A DNA stretch of 64,000 nt from Octopus sinensis. Lineage: Eukaryota. Positions 38,819 to 51,022 of the stretch are shown here, one piece after another. Location of the stretch: NCBI RefSeq assembly GCF_006345805.1, contig NC_043019.1, positions 15,809,360-15,873,359 on the forward strand. The letters are read 5' to 3'. The notes under the pieces were generated by a model that was given only the letters and a program-made list of their open reading frames with translations, did no database searches and was not told where the DNA came from. Position 1 is the first letter of the stretch, and every line of letters starts with the position of its first letter. The position numbers and the translations under genes are program-made.

Positions 38819-39929
38819 CTGTGTATATAGCAGAGAGATATTTAAACTTTAGGGAAAAAGGAGAGCAAACAGTAAACTTTTCACACAAAAAAACCCCAAA
38901 AAACAAAAAAAAATTTTTTCAGTTGCAGTCATGTCTGTGTGATTTAGAAGTTTTCTTCCCAACCACATGATTTTACGTTCAGTTCCACTACATGGCACCT
39001 TGGACAAATGTTTTATACTATAGCTCAGGGCAACCAGAGCCTTGTGAATAAATTTTGTAGATGGAAACTGAAAAACCATTTTACAGATATGCACATATGT
39101 GTACATGAGTGTCTGCTTGTGTCACCTTGTTTTAATATAACAAGATTGTTGTAAATGAATGTTGTTCGGTTCCAATGTTCTGTACAAACCATGTCAAACC
39201 ACTTCTTACCAGAATGCCAACACCCCTACCTAGAAAGAAAAGTTACATAAGTATTGATATTTTAGAACTTATAAGACCTGGCAGAGGAAAAGAGTTGATG
39301 GCCTTTGCTCTATGGAGAGTGATGGGCTTAAATAAGTAAATATATAGAAGACAAAACAATACATATGAGGAAATAAGTCCATCCTGACACCCTATTACTG
39401 ATGTCTTATCTCTGATTTCAGATCCACCTTGATTACTCATAACTTTTTTTTTCTCTATAATACGAATAGCAACATAGTTCCACTGCAGCAAAAAAACCTG
39501 TTCTGGCCTCTTCTCTTATATTTAACCCTCTAATCTTCTACCACAGAACCAATTCCCTCTCTATTGTTGCCGCACTCACCACAATCTCCACAAGTGCTGA
39601 TGGTGTTGAGTGGTTGGCATTAGGAATGGCAACCAGCTTTAGAAACCATACCAAAGTACACATTGGATTGAGCATGATGTAGCCCTCGGACACGTCAGAT
39701 ATTGTCAATCTTTCCAACCCATGCCAGCAGGGAAGATGAACGTTAAAGGATGAAAAGTGATGAAAGGTGATGATGTTCAACCCTCACTATTGTTCATGAA
39801 TTAGTTCAAACCTTAAGTGAGGTTTTCTTGGGTTTTTTTTTTAAATAAAAAAGATATTTATAGTTTTATCATGTCATCCACTCAGTTATTAGTAGTGCTT
39901 TTAGTTATGAATAAAAGCAGTGTCCGTTA

Positions 39930-42450
39930 ATCATTACAGTGATTTCGAAACTGGTGCATTGAAAAGGTAGCCCTTAAACCTGAATGCGTGTAAGAGAGTG
40001 AGCTTCGTCAAAGGCCACTCATGGTGCCGGGTGGTAGCGTCGGAACCGTGCGGATAGAGGTCGAAAGATTCCAACAACCTTTCTCAGGATCCAGGGCCAG
40101 GGCAGAGCTGGAGCAAACCTCAACGAAGAGCATTTAACTGTGAGGGTGTGGGCGAAATATAAAGCTTGACTTCATCGTGGTCAATACAAATACTGCAGGG
40201 GAGGTAACTGTACACGCATTGATGAATTACTTCCCTTGCTTTGTAATTCACTTTATAACCAGGAGTCTGAAATTTACTCTTTCTCTCTCTAAACAGTCCC
40301 TCCCTCCCTCTCTCTCTCACCTACGTGCGTGTGCGTTGAAAATTTTTGATTTTCGGTTAATTAAAATTTTTTTCAACGAAAGCAAGACAAGAATACGGGG
40401 AGAGAAATTTTTATATTCTTCCAATTCAGCACAACTGTTACAAGGGATTTTAGGAAAGAGAGGCGGATGGAATTTCTACGAAGCCTCTCGATCTGTTAGA
40501 AATAGCAGTCAAAACCGCTTTCAACAATCACATTTTTCTTTTCTTTCTTTTTTTAATAGAAGCATGTTGTAGACCATGTTCTCCGAAATGAAGTCAATCC
40601 GAAAAGGAGGGATAGTCATCGCTAGATTATTGTTGATCTTAGGTATATTAGAGCAGATTTGACATGGGGTTAAAACAACAACAAAGACAAAAAAAAAAGT
40701 TAACTTCATTTCTTATCAAAGTGGTAAAATATTAAGCGGTCCGCTCGACTAGTTAGAAATAGAAGCCATGGCCCCTCGAAATTTATTAAATTGAATAAAA
40801 AATATTTTATTTTGGATTACAGATATTTTACATATTTGTAGTTAGTCAGTTCTAGCCATTTTCCTCGTGATCCTCCATAAATTCCATACTATGCTCCCTC
40901 ACTTCCATAATAAAGGAGTGAACCAAGCAAGGGAGTCTGTACAGGGGTCACATGCTCGATAGCAGCCATGTTTCGTCCGCCTTCATAGTTAAACATGGAA
41001 AGAAACTGGATAACGTTAATTTTAAATCCACGCTTTGCTTTCAATAAATAGACTGGATGGTCACAAATGGAACGTCCTACTGGATTGGGTCTGACGTGTG
41101 CACAACGATACACACTCGCAAACACACACAAATCAACGAAACCCATAGTACGTGATCCGTCGACACGTTAATAATAGCTGTGAAATCTCCCTCATATCAT
41201 TTCTACCCCCCTTTATTTTTAGAACGCATCGGATAATGTAATCATCAGTAGAGTACGTAAACGGTGGGAAACACTTTTAATCACAAGATCTACTGAATCA
41301 AAAGCTGACCTGGGGCCAAAAGAAAAACGTTGTTATTACATGCACTGTATACACACCAGATACAAGTGTGTTCATAAATCCAACACACCCAGTTCAGCTT
41401 TCTAAGTTGCACCATAATAATAATGATGATGATAGAAATCACTAAATCAGAAAATACAAAAAAGCAACTAAACAAACCTGCTTCTACGACTACCAATCAA
41501 ATTACAGTACGTATTTGATTGACAGTTGACACACCTCCTTTGTCTCCACATCGGCCAATCAACGGCCGTTATTTTCTCTTTGTTAGTAACATCCACATTT
41601 ACTGAAAAATCCACCTCCATTCATCACTGTCCTAATTTACCCGCCACATGTGTGTATATATATACATACAATAATAATGTATACACACACATATTTTATA
41701 TACATATAAGACCCCATATCAACATCAATACACACCCACAAAGATACATACCATCACATGCAGCATGCGCGCACACTATTATACATATATAACAACATAA
41801 ATTCGACTAAGCTTCTACATTAATCACGGGGGCAACTGCGATTCGCGGGGATTCTTGAATGGCACACCTAACGAGAAATTACCGAGAAAATTTCTAACGG
41901 TGCCACCCGCTTCTCGAAAAAAGGTTACCCGTGTCTATTCTTTATGATATAGAGCGACCTACGAAAAATAGCAAACGAAATCTTTTTCAAATGACACACG
42001 GCCGACATTAAAAGCGGGTACATTAGATAATGTAGTCTAAGGTTGACTTCGGACTATAAACATCCACAACCATACCAATACATACAATTCACCTATATGA
42101 AGTATATTCTTTTACGCGTTTGTCAGTTGACAGCGGCCATGCTGGAGCACCGCCTTTAATCAAACAAATCGACCCCTTATTCTTTGCACACCTAGTACTT
42201 ATTCTACCAGTTTCTTTTCCCGAACCGCAAAGTTTCAAGGACATAAACACACCAACACTGGTTGTCAAGCGAGCGCAGGGTGGGCAAACAAACAGAAAGA
42301 CATAAATATATATACAAATATATGTATTACACACACACGACGGACTTCTTTCAGTTTCCGTCTACTAAATGCACTCACAAGGCATTCGGTCGGCCCGAGT
42401 CTTGGTAGGAGACACTTGCCCAAGGTACCAATGGGACCAAACCCAGAACC
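39930..42450. promoter_or_regulatory. CpG-rich, promoter-like island inside the 15 kb Ig2 intron
   Basis: Visibly high CpG density against CpG-depleted flanking introns. Contains GGCCAATCA (41553-41561), YY1-like AACATGGCTGC (minus, 40962-40972), NRF1-like GCATGCGCGCA (near 41764), E2F/GC-box-like TTTACCCGCC (near 41636) and several ACGTG. Motif assignments are inference. Confidence 0.6.
39962..40133 (-). ncRNA. Candidate structured non-coding RNA, possibly Pol III type-3 promoter, family unassigned
   Basis: GC- and CpG-rich 172 nt. TTTATATTT about 30 nt upstream (40155-40163) and TTTT at the 3' end. Long-range stem GGCCCUGGAUCCUGA/UCAGGUUUAAGGGCU plus hairpins GAAAGGUU/AAUCUUUC and GAGUG/CACUC. 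G.U pairs favour the minus strand. Confidence 0.4.
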
Positions 42451-42497
42451 ATGTGGTTGGGAAACAAGCTTCTTACTACATAGCCAAGGCTGTGCCT
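42105..42497 (-). mobile_element. SINE family A copy at the edge of the CpG island
   Basis: Reverse-complement copy of family A that retains many CpGs. Confidence 0.82.
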
Positions 42498-44560
42498 GTA
42501 GTATTTTGAATATTTTCTCCCCAAAAGCTCCTCTCTATATTTTTCAAGTGTGAACTGGAAGATGAGGCTATCATGCCTTTCTTCAGAAACCAGTCTACTA
42601 CAGATAACATTGTCACACTATATAATCTGGTATCTAAGCCTTCAACAATCAGGTGAACTACAATTAAGTAACACTAGCTTGTTATCTGGTTGGTACCTCT
42701 AGCAGCCAAGTGAACTGAGGTTAGGTAATGTTACCTTCAACTTGTTTTAGTCTGTGGTAAAAGTGGGGCACCGCCTTGAAGAGTTTAGTTGAACACACAC
42801 ACACACGACGAGTTTCTACAGTTTTTGCCAGTTAAATTAACTCATAAGATCTTGTTTGGCCCAGAGCTATAGCACAAGACAAAGTGCCGTACAGAAGGAC
42901 TGAACCTGAAACCATGTGGTTGCAAAGCCAGCTTCTTAACCACACAGCCATGCCTGTGACTGTCAAACTAACATCTAACAGCCAAGTGAACTCTGGCTAG
43001 GTATCATTACTAGAATATTCTCTGGTACCTAAATTCCAGCAAACAGTTGCAGTGTGATAGGTGGGATTAAGTGTTCTTCATTGATGCACAACGAAGCACT
43101 GCTAAGAAGAGTTGAACCAAAGACTTGTATTGGTGTAGGTCAGCTACATTGCATGGAGAGCGCACGGGGCTGAGTGGATAGGGTGGGCACAGCTGAGAGG
43201 TGGAGTAGTTCATATTTTGTTAACAGCACTCCCATGAAAAGTAAACAACTGCAAAGTTTAAACTAGAAGCAAGTGGCAAGACCTGCACATTTGGAGGAAC
43301 AACAAACTTCCAGATGGTAGCATTGTGAACTTACTGAATGCTTTGTTATCTTGCAACTGGAGTGCAGCTCTTCTTGAGGTGGTTAGCCGCATAGCATGAC
43401 AACCTTGTTTCTTTTAACACTAAACCCACGAACGACATGCAACTTGCCAAATTGATTTCAAAGCATAAACATATTTTCCTTGCAAACAGGGTGGATGTGT
43501 GGTTAAGATGCTAGCTTTGCAACCACATGAGTTCAGGTTCAGTCCTATGGCATAGCACTTAGAGCAAGTGCCTTCTATCATAGCCCTGAGTCAACCAATG
43601 TCTTGTGAGAGGATGTGGTGGATGTAAACTGGAAGCCTGTTGTATGTGTGTATGTAAGCACGTCTTTGTGTTTGTCCTTCTACACTGCTTGACAACTAGT
43701 GTTGGCCTGTTTCCACTCCTGTAACTTAGCAATTCAACAAAAAAGATTAATAGAATGAGTATCAAATTAAAAAAAAATAAGAAAGAGGTACTGTGATAGG
43801 TTTGACTAAACCATCCAAAGCGGTGTCCCAGCATGGCTGCAATGTAATGACTAAAACACATGATGAAAAGACACACCTTTCATATACAAGGCTATGGTAG
43901 AAGGCAAAACATTTGCCAAAGGTGCCAAAATATTCTCACGGATCTTTCGTTGATCTCTATTTTATACTTGTTTGACAGTCACAAATAAGGGAGATAACTT
44001 GACAAAACTGCACCACAAACACTGGAGGAGGGGGGGGGGGCTTTTTCTTCTGAGTAACAAAACTACTTGAGTACTGTTCACTTTACTGAGCTTTATAAAA
44101 CACGAGTGACTGACATAGGATTACTACTGGAACTGTATTGCTGCTACTAGTACAATATGGTATACCACTTCTGAAAGGCCAAACAACTGATCAACAAAGA
44201 TAAACTCACCAGCTTGCATACAGACACATTGAGTCTTCTCCCTGTCTCTCTTCTACTGTTACCACAACAGCCTATCCTCCTCTGAACTAGTTTTCTACCC
44301 AGAACCCCTCTTCTCAACTCCTACCAGGCTGTACTAAACACTAAACCTAAATACAAGAAAAGATGGTCACAGCTGGGGCATTTTTGATCGTAGTCACTTC
44401 TGGATCAAAACCAACCTGGGGTTTATAGTTGCTTTGTAACTTGGGGCTATAAAACACCTATATGTATGGCTCAGTGGTGAGAGCATTGGCCTCACAATCA
44501 TGAGGAAGTGAGTTCAATTCCTGGACAGGCACACAGTTGTCGATGAATGGTTACAATAGT

Positions 44561-44788
44561 TATTTCTTTACTACCCACAAGGGGCTAAACATAGAGAGGA
44601 CAAACAAGGACAGACAAACGGATTAAGTCGGTTATATCGACCCCAGTGCGTAACTGGTACTTAATTTATCGACCCCGAAAGGATGAAAGGTAGAGTCGAC
44701 CTTGGCGGAATTTGAACTCAGAACGTAATGCCAGACGAAATACGGCTCCGCTTTTCGCCCGGCATGCTAACGTTTCTGCCAGCTCGCC
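44561..44788 (-). mobile_element. SINE family B, young copy
   Basis: Reverse complement closely matching 56792-57003, with CpGs largely intact. Confidence 0.87.
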
Positions 44789-45010
44789 TGGTTACGATAG
44801 TATTTTGTTCCACCAGGGTTTGCAGAATGTCCTCGTCGAGCTCTATAGATCTTGTTTCCAGTTCAGAATTTCAAGAACCACCAATGACACTGGCTTACGT
44901 TAACTGTCCAATCCCCATATACTGCATTAATATTCCTTACACTTTCCGTTATGATGTTGCTTTTATTGAACTCGTAAAGCAAAATATGCTCCTTTATCAC
45001 TTCCAGTACT

Positions 45011-45046
<36 letters not shown>

Positions 45047-45409
45047 AAGCAGTGGATATGCAAGGATGAAATGTGCATTGATTGAGAATACAGGTGAAAG
45101 AGAAGGGAAGTGAAAGAGGGAGTGGTGAGAGATAGAGATGGGGGTGGAGTAACCGTACAGGTAACGTTTTGTTGTGAGTCATCATCAATCCTGTGTGGGT
45201 ATGTGTGCACGTGGGTGGAGAAGGGTTAACAATGTAATTATATTTTACATATATGGTGCAGGAGTGGCTGTGTGGTAAGAAGCTTGCTTCCCAACCACAT
45301 AGTTCTGGATTCAGTCTCACTGCGAGGTACCTTCTACTATAACCTCAGGCCAACCAAAGCCTTGTGAGTGGATTTAGTAGATGGAAACTGAAATAAGCCT
45401 GTCATATAG

Positions 45410-45447
<38 letters not shown>

Positions 45448-45947
45448 AGAGTAAACACAAATGTTTAACAAAAACTGTCCGACGAATGGGAATGGGAAAC
45501 TCAGAGTAACAGGTTTTCTTGAATTTCTGCTGCTTTTAAATAAAGTATATATATTCTTTTATATGTTTCAGCCCTAAGGCTGTGGCCAAACTGGGGTACC
45601 ACAGTGATATAAACAGGAAAAATAGAATTCAAAACACGAGTATTCTTTTACTCTTTTCAGTCATTTTGACTGCAATCATGCCGGATCACCACCTTGAGGT
45701 GTTTTAGTTGAACAAATTGACCCCAGGACTTCATTTATTCTATCGGTCTTTTTTGCCAAACTTAAGTACGCATACATATGTTTTATTAATATTTAGCAGA
45801 AGCAACAGAGTGACTCAAGCCAGAGTGTTTTGTGAGTTAGCACTTATCAAAGTGCTAATGCATGAAGCTCTCAGCCCTAAATTAACTCTGTGGTTCCTAC
45901 TAAATATATATACACACACACACACTCACACATACATATATATACGT

Positions 45948-46112
45948 GCAGGAGTGGCTGTGTGGTAAGTAGCTTGCTTACCAACCACATGGTTCTCCAG
46001 GTTTAGTCCCACTGCGTGGCACCTTGGGCAAGTGTCTTCTACTAAAGCCTCAGGCTGACCAAAGCCTTGAGTGGATTTGGTAGACGGAAACTGAGAGAAG
46101 CCCGTGTGTGTG

Positions 46113-46185
<73 letters not shown>

Positions 46186-46392
46186 TATACAATTGTATGT
46201 GTGTTTGTCTCCCACCAACATCGCTTGACGACCGATGCTGGTTTGTTTACATCCCCATAACTTAGCGATTCAGCAAAAGGGACTGACAGAATAATTACTA
46301 GGCTTACAAAGAATAAATCATGGGGTTGATTTGCTTGACTAAAGGAAGTGCTCCAGCATGGCTGCAGTCTATTGACTGAAACAAATAAAATA
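45948..46392 (+). mobile_element. tRNA-derived SINE family A (representative full-length copy)
   Basis: Head ggagtggctgtgtggtaag..., core ggcaccttgggcaagtgtcttctact, internal (TA)n, tail ctccagcatggctgcagtc...gactgaaac. About 20 further copies on both strands (e.g. 12.4, 14.3, 17.1, 24.1, 30.2, 32.2, 38.3, 42.1, 43.5, 47.2, 48.9, 49.9, 50.7, 51.6, 61.7, 62.9 kb). Confidence 0.85.
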
Positions 46393-48006
46393 ATATATAT
46401 ATCTTACAATTCCATGAAAGCATGATGGCTTAGCTGGCTGAAACTTTGAATTCACTGTCAATGCTAATCTTATTAAAGTATAAATTTGTACTCTACCAAT
46501 TATATTGAGTAATCCTTAAGTTTAATGTAAAACTGTTTTCATTATAACATAAAAACAAACATTAATATAGATACACACACATACACATGTACGACGCACT
46601 AGTGGAAGAAAATATTTATTTCATTACACTCACGCAGACACACACAAACATACACGCGTACATATGTACATACATGCATAGTTACATATATGCTCGCACA
46701 ATGAGGATTAGTGTCTTGTTGATAATCTACGGGATTTACAAGTATCCATTTATTTATCAGGTGGCTGAAGGAGAAGGGGCAACAAAAAGGAGCACTGCCC
46801 TTAAGGTTCTAGATCCAATTAGACAAGTGATGGGTTAGTAGTATGACAGTAGTAGTAGTAGCAGCAGCAGCAGCCGCCATCACGTTAAGATTCTTTAAAA
46901 AACAAAAAAGAAATCAGTGTTTTAATGTTTATTTTCCCATGCTTCTATCGGTTGGAGTTACTGAGGTTGACTTTCCATTGGCTGGATGCCCTTCCTGTTG
47001 CTGACCCTTGCTGCTTTTCAAACTGTGGATAATGTTTCCCTGTGGCCAAACATGTTTTTACAGAATACTGGAAATGAATGACAGTCATTTACAGCAGTCT
47101 ATACAAATATAGACATATGTATAGTCCTTTTTTCTCTTTCTAATATTAACACTGCTTAATGTTAGTGTAATTTCCCTTACTTGTCTCAATCATTGGACTG
47201 CAGCCTTGCTGGAGTTGCCACCTTGAAGGCTTTTATCAAAAAAATTTATCCCAGTATAAATTCTATCAGTCTCCAATTGCCAACCTTACAGGGATGTAAA
47301 CAAACCAACACTGGCTGTCAAGTGGTGATGGGAAGAAAACAGAAAACTACATGCATACACAATGGGCTTCCACACAGTTTCTGTCTATCCAATTCACTCA
47401 CAAGGCATTGGGTGTCTAAGGGCTATAGTGGATGACACTTGCACAATGTATGTTTGGCTCATTTTTTTCTTCTTCTCTTTCAGGTGACACTCTAGTTGTC
47501 TCAATCTTTCATTTGATTTCTGCTTCACCTATCCTGTAAGGGCTAGGGACTAAGGGACACAAACAGAACAAGGAACAACAATGATGTGTGTGTGTGTGTG
47601 AGGGAGAAAGAGACAGAAGAAATGTACTGGTCATTGGGAGAGGTCAGAACAAAGGATCAATACAGAGTTTACAGAAGAAAGTAAAAAAAAGGGTTCTTTA
47701 GCAATGAGGTAAGAAGAATGTTAGGGAGTGACACACAGGATATATGAAGTGTAGTAGGATGTGGGGGAGGGAGGCAGCTGGCAGAGGATGGAAGATAAAA
47801 ATAGATCAGTGAGCAGGTGCTATATCTGCAAGAACTGAAGGTATGTCCACAGATGTAGTATACACACACCTACACACAAACAAACAAAATACATATTGCA
47901 CATATACAAGAACACATAAGATACATATAAGATCATGTATCTATATACACACACAATGGAGGTGTGTCTGGTTTTACCTGCATTTTAGGCAATTACAGGG
48001 TTTACA

Positions 48007-48791
48007 TCTATATATATAAAGATGAGAATGTGTGTCTGTCTGTCTGTCTGTGTGAACCCCTTAAGCTTGAGAACTACACAACCAATTTCATTCAAATTTT
48101 ACACATGCCTTACTTAGGGTCCATGTAGTGTCATAGGCCCTCAAAAATTTTAACTTCTTGTATACATCTGCACAAATGTATATATATATAATGTTTGAGT
48201 TGGGCCGCGCCCTTCCAATTGCTATAGATCCGTAATGCATCTTATGGCTGTGCTTGTCACCTGTATGGCGAGGAATCCTACAATGGAGAGTAGTAACGAC
48301 TAGGGTAGGGTAGCTGATTGATTATTATGATCATTCATCTTTTGGTTTCCTGCAGCTTTGCTCTCATTTACAAACTCAGTGAGCATACATATATTTCCTA
48401 TTTCAAAGAAATTCGAACAATACATATAAAACCCAAGTTAAAAAGATTCTCAACAGTTTAACTTCTCTGGTGGACATTAAGACACCCACCCCCAATAGGG
48501 GCCTTAACTCCCACATTTTAGAGCTCCATGACCTCCATTTTTCAGGAGCAAAATCCTTTGAACAGGTTCCATAAGAGTGGAATTTTGGAATTTGTGCATA
48601 ATGATCAGTAGTATGGGATACATGTGTCATGATTAGAATTTTTTTAGGGCGTGTAAAGAGGGAAAGAACCCTCATCTGCAATTTTGATGAAATTCGAATC
48701 ACAGGTATTTCAGTTCATTAGAGAAAATATAACAGAAAAATCTAATTCTTCAATTGCATGTAACACAGGCAACGCCGGGTATCTCTGCTAG
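48007..48791 (+). mobile_element. Non-autonomous Helitron-type element, apparently full length
   Basis: A|TCTATATATATAAAG 5' end, (TCTG)n, aaccaatttcattcaaatttt motif, subterminal caggcaacgccgg hairpin and CTAG|T 3' end. Inserted between A and T with no TSD. Confidence 0.85.
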
Positions 48792-49869
48792 TTTGGTATA
48801 AAATAGAGGTCAATGACACAGAACTGAGTTTTGGGGTCAGCCATTAAAATATTATAGGAGAAAGAAGAGGTAAGTGTAACAGGGCATAAGCTGGCTGTGT
48901 GGTTAAGAAGCTTGCTTTGGAACCCCTTGGTTTCAAGTTCAGTCCCCACTGCATGGCAATTTGGATAAGCATCTTTTACTATAACTCCAGGCTGCCCTAT
49001 GATTGAATTCAGTAGATGGAAACTGTCTTTATGTTTGTCCCCACCACAACTTGATAATCAGCATTAGTTTGTTTACATCTATGTAACTTAGCAATTCAGC
49101 AAAAGAGACTAATAGAGTAACAGATTTAAAACGTAAGGTACTGGAGTCGACTAAACTCTCCATGGTGGTGCCCCAGCATGGCCACAGACTAATGAATGAA
49201 ACAGGTTTAAAATGAAACCTTATCGTTCTAAACCCTGATATCCTAGTATAACACACATCCTTATTAATACTTAATTTATTATATAACATCCTCATTACTG
49301 TTAACAGATAATACAAAATACAAGTGCTTATTGTTATCACTGGTGTTATGTAACACTGTCTTACTACTAATACTATTAATACACACTCTCTAATCACTAC
49401 AAGTGTGGTGTGTGTGTGAGAAGGCTGCCCAATGATATCAGCAGTCCTTGTCCATAATGTATAGGCACATGTTATGTATATTAGACTTTTGTCCAGGACT
49501 GTTGTGATTGAGTTGTAGGGATCAATGCTTGGTTTCCTGTAGAATTTAACCACATCATTGTACTTCAGTCTGACTCTCTCTCTCACTCACTCACACACAA
49601 GCAGTGATGATAACGTTAATACATCTGTTAAGTGTTGTTATATCTCATCTAAGTTCTCACATATCTACACCCACTACATACACATTCCATAGATTGTAAG
49701 ATATGCACATGCATGTGTACACCTATGTGCATCTACCCACCTACCTGTGTGTCTGACTAACACACCCACATAGGTGTAAAACAAGAAGCGAGGAAAAAAA
49801 CTGTACTTGAATACCAAAGTCAGAGTAAATTTGTTTTTCGCAAGCTGTTATTCAGAGTTGAACATAGGT

Positions 49870-50237
49870 GCAGGCACGGCTGTGTGGTAAGAAACATGCT
49901 TCCCAACCACATGGTTCCAGGATCAGTCCCACTGCGTAGCACCTTGGGCAAGTGTCTTCTATAACCACAGGCCAACCAAAGCCTTGTGAATGGATTTGGT
50001 AGACAGAAACTGAAAGAAACCTGTCATATGTGTGTGTGTGTGTGTGTATTTGTTATTTTTATCTGTGTTTGTCCCGCCACCACCACTTGATAACTGATGT
50101 GTGTTTAGCAGTTCGGCAAAAGGAGACTGATGGAATAAGTACTAGGCTTGCAAAATTAACTCCTGAGGTTGATTTGTTCGACTGAAGGCGATACTCCAGC
50201 ATGGCCACAGCCAAATGACGAAATAATTAAAAGAATA
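49870..50237 (+). mobile_element. SINE family A copy
   Basis: Same head, core and tail as 45948-46392, with an internal (TG)n. Confidence 0.85.
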
Positions 50238-50808
50238 ACCGATCAGACAGTCATGAGTAGATACAGAAGTGAACTGAGCCATCGGTCAATCGAGCACTGC
50301 CCGAGAACCCAGAGCTCTGAGGAGCCCATACTCAATATGTTAACTCTACTAAATCAATGCTTAAGGACCTGGTAAACAGTTATGCCCAAGAGCCCTTAAT
50401 ACTCTCAGTCAACCCCTGAGCAGATAGAACAGTATACAAGGTGTCCATAAATTGCCTCTACGTCTGTAATTCATTTTATCCATTAAAGTTGAGATTCATC
50501 AATAAACTTCTTGGCAATGTTCTGATGTCCCTGATAAAACATTTTATTTGTTTATCCGTTGTCTTTTACTTGTTTCAGCCATTTGACTGAAAGGTGCTAC
50601 ATGGTGGGACTGAACCTGGAACCATGTGGTTGGGAAGTATGCTTCTTACCACACAGCCATGCCTGCACCTATGTTCAACTCTGAGTAACAGCTTCAGTGA
50701 AAGACTATTTTACACTAATGACTTCTTTTGCTGAACAGCGCCACAGGGATGTAAACACACCAGCATCAGTTGTGGAACAGTGGACACATACATTTATATA
50801 TGTATGTA

Positions 50809-50844
<36 letters not shown>

Positions 50845-50980
50845 CACATACATACACACATGACAGGTTTCTTTTAGTTTCCACCTACCAAATCCACTTG
50901 CCCAAGGTGGCATGCTGTGGGACTGAACCCACAACCATGTGGTTGGGGAGCAAGCTTCTTACCACACAGTTATGCCTGTA

Positions 50981-51022
<42 letters not shown>

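Noticed and set aside
38544-38906. 120 aa Cys-rich ORF (..GLCNNCQTKC..) in the ORF track
   Set aside because: Shadow frame over the true Ig2 exon 38652-38818, which has the Ig motifs and matching splice phases.
39965-40060. Short similarities of the ncRNA candidate to U6atac (ACACGCAU...GGUUAAGGC) and to 7SL (UCCGCAC, GCAUUCAGGUU)
   Set aside because: The diagnostic elements (U6atac AAGGAGAGAAGGUUAGC, SRP helix 8) are absent; my comparison is from memory only.
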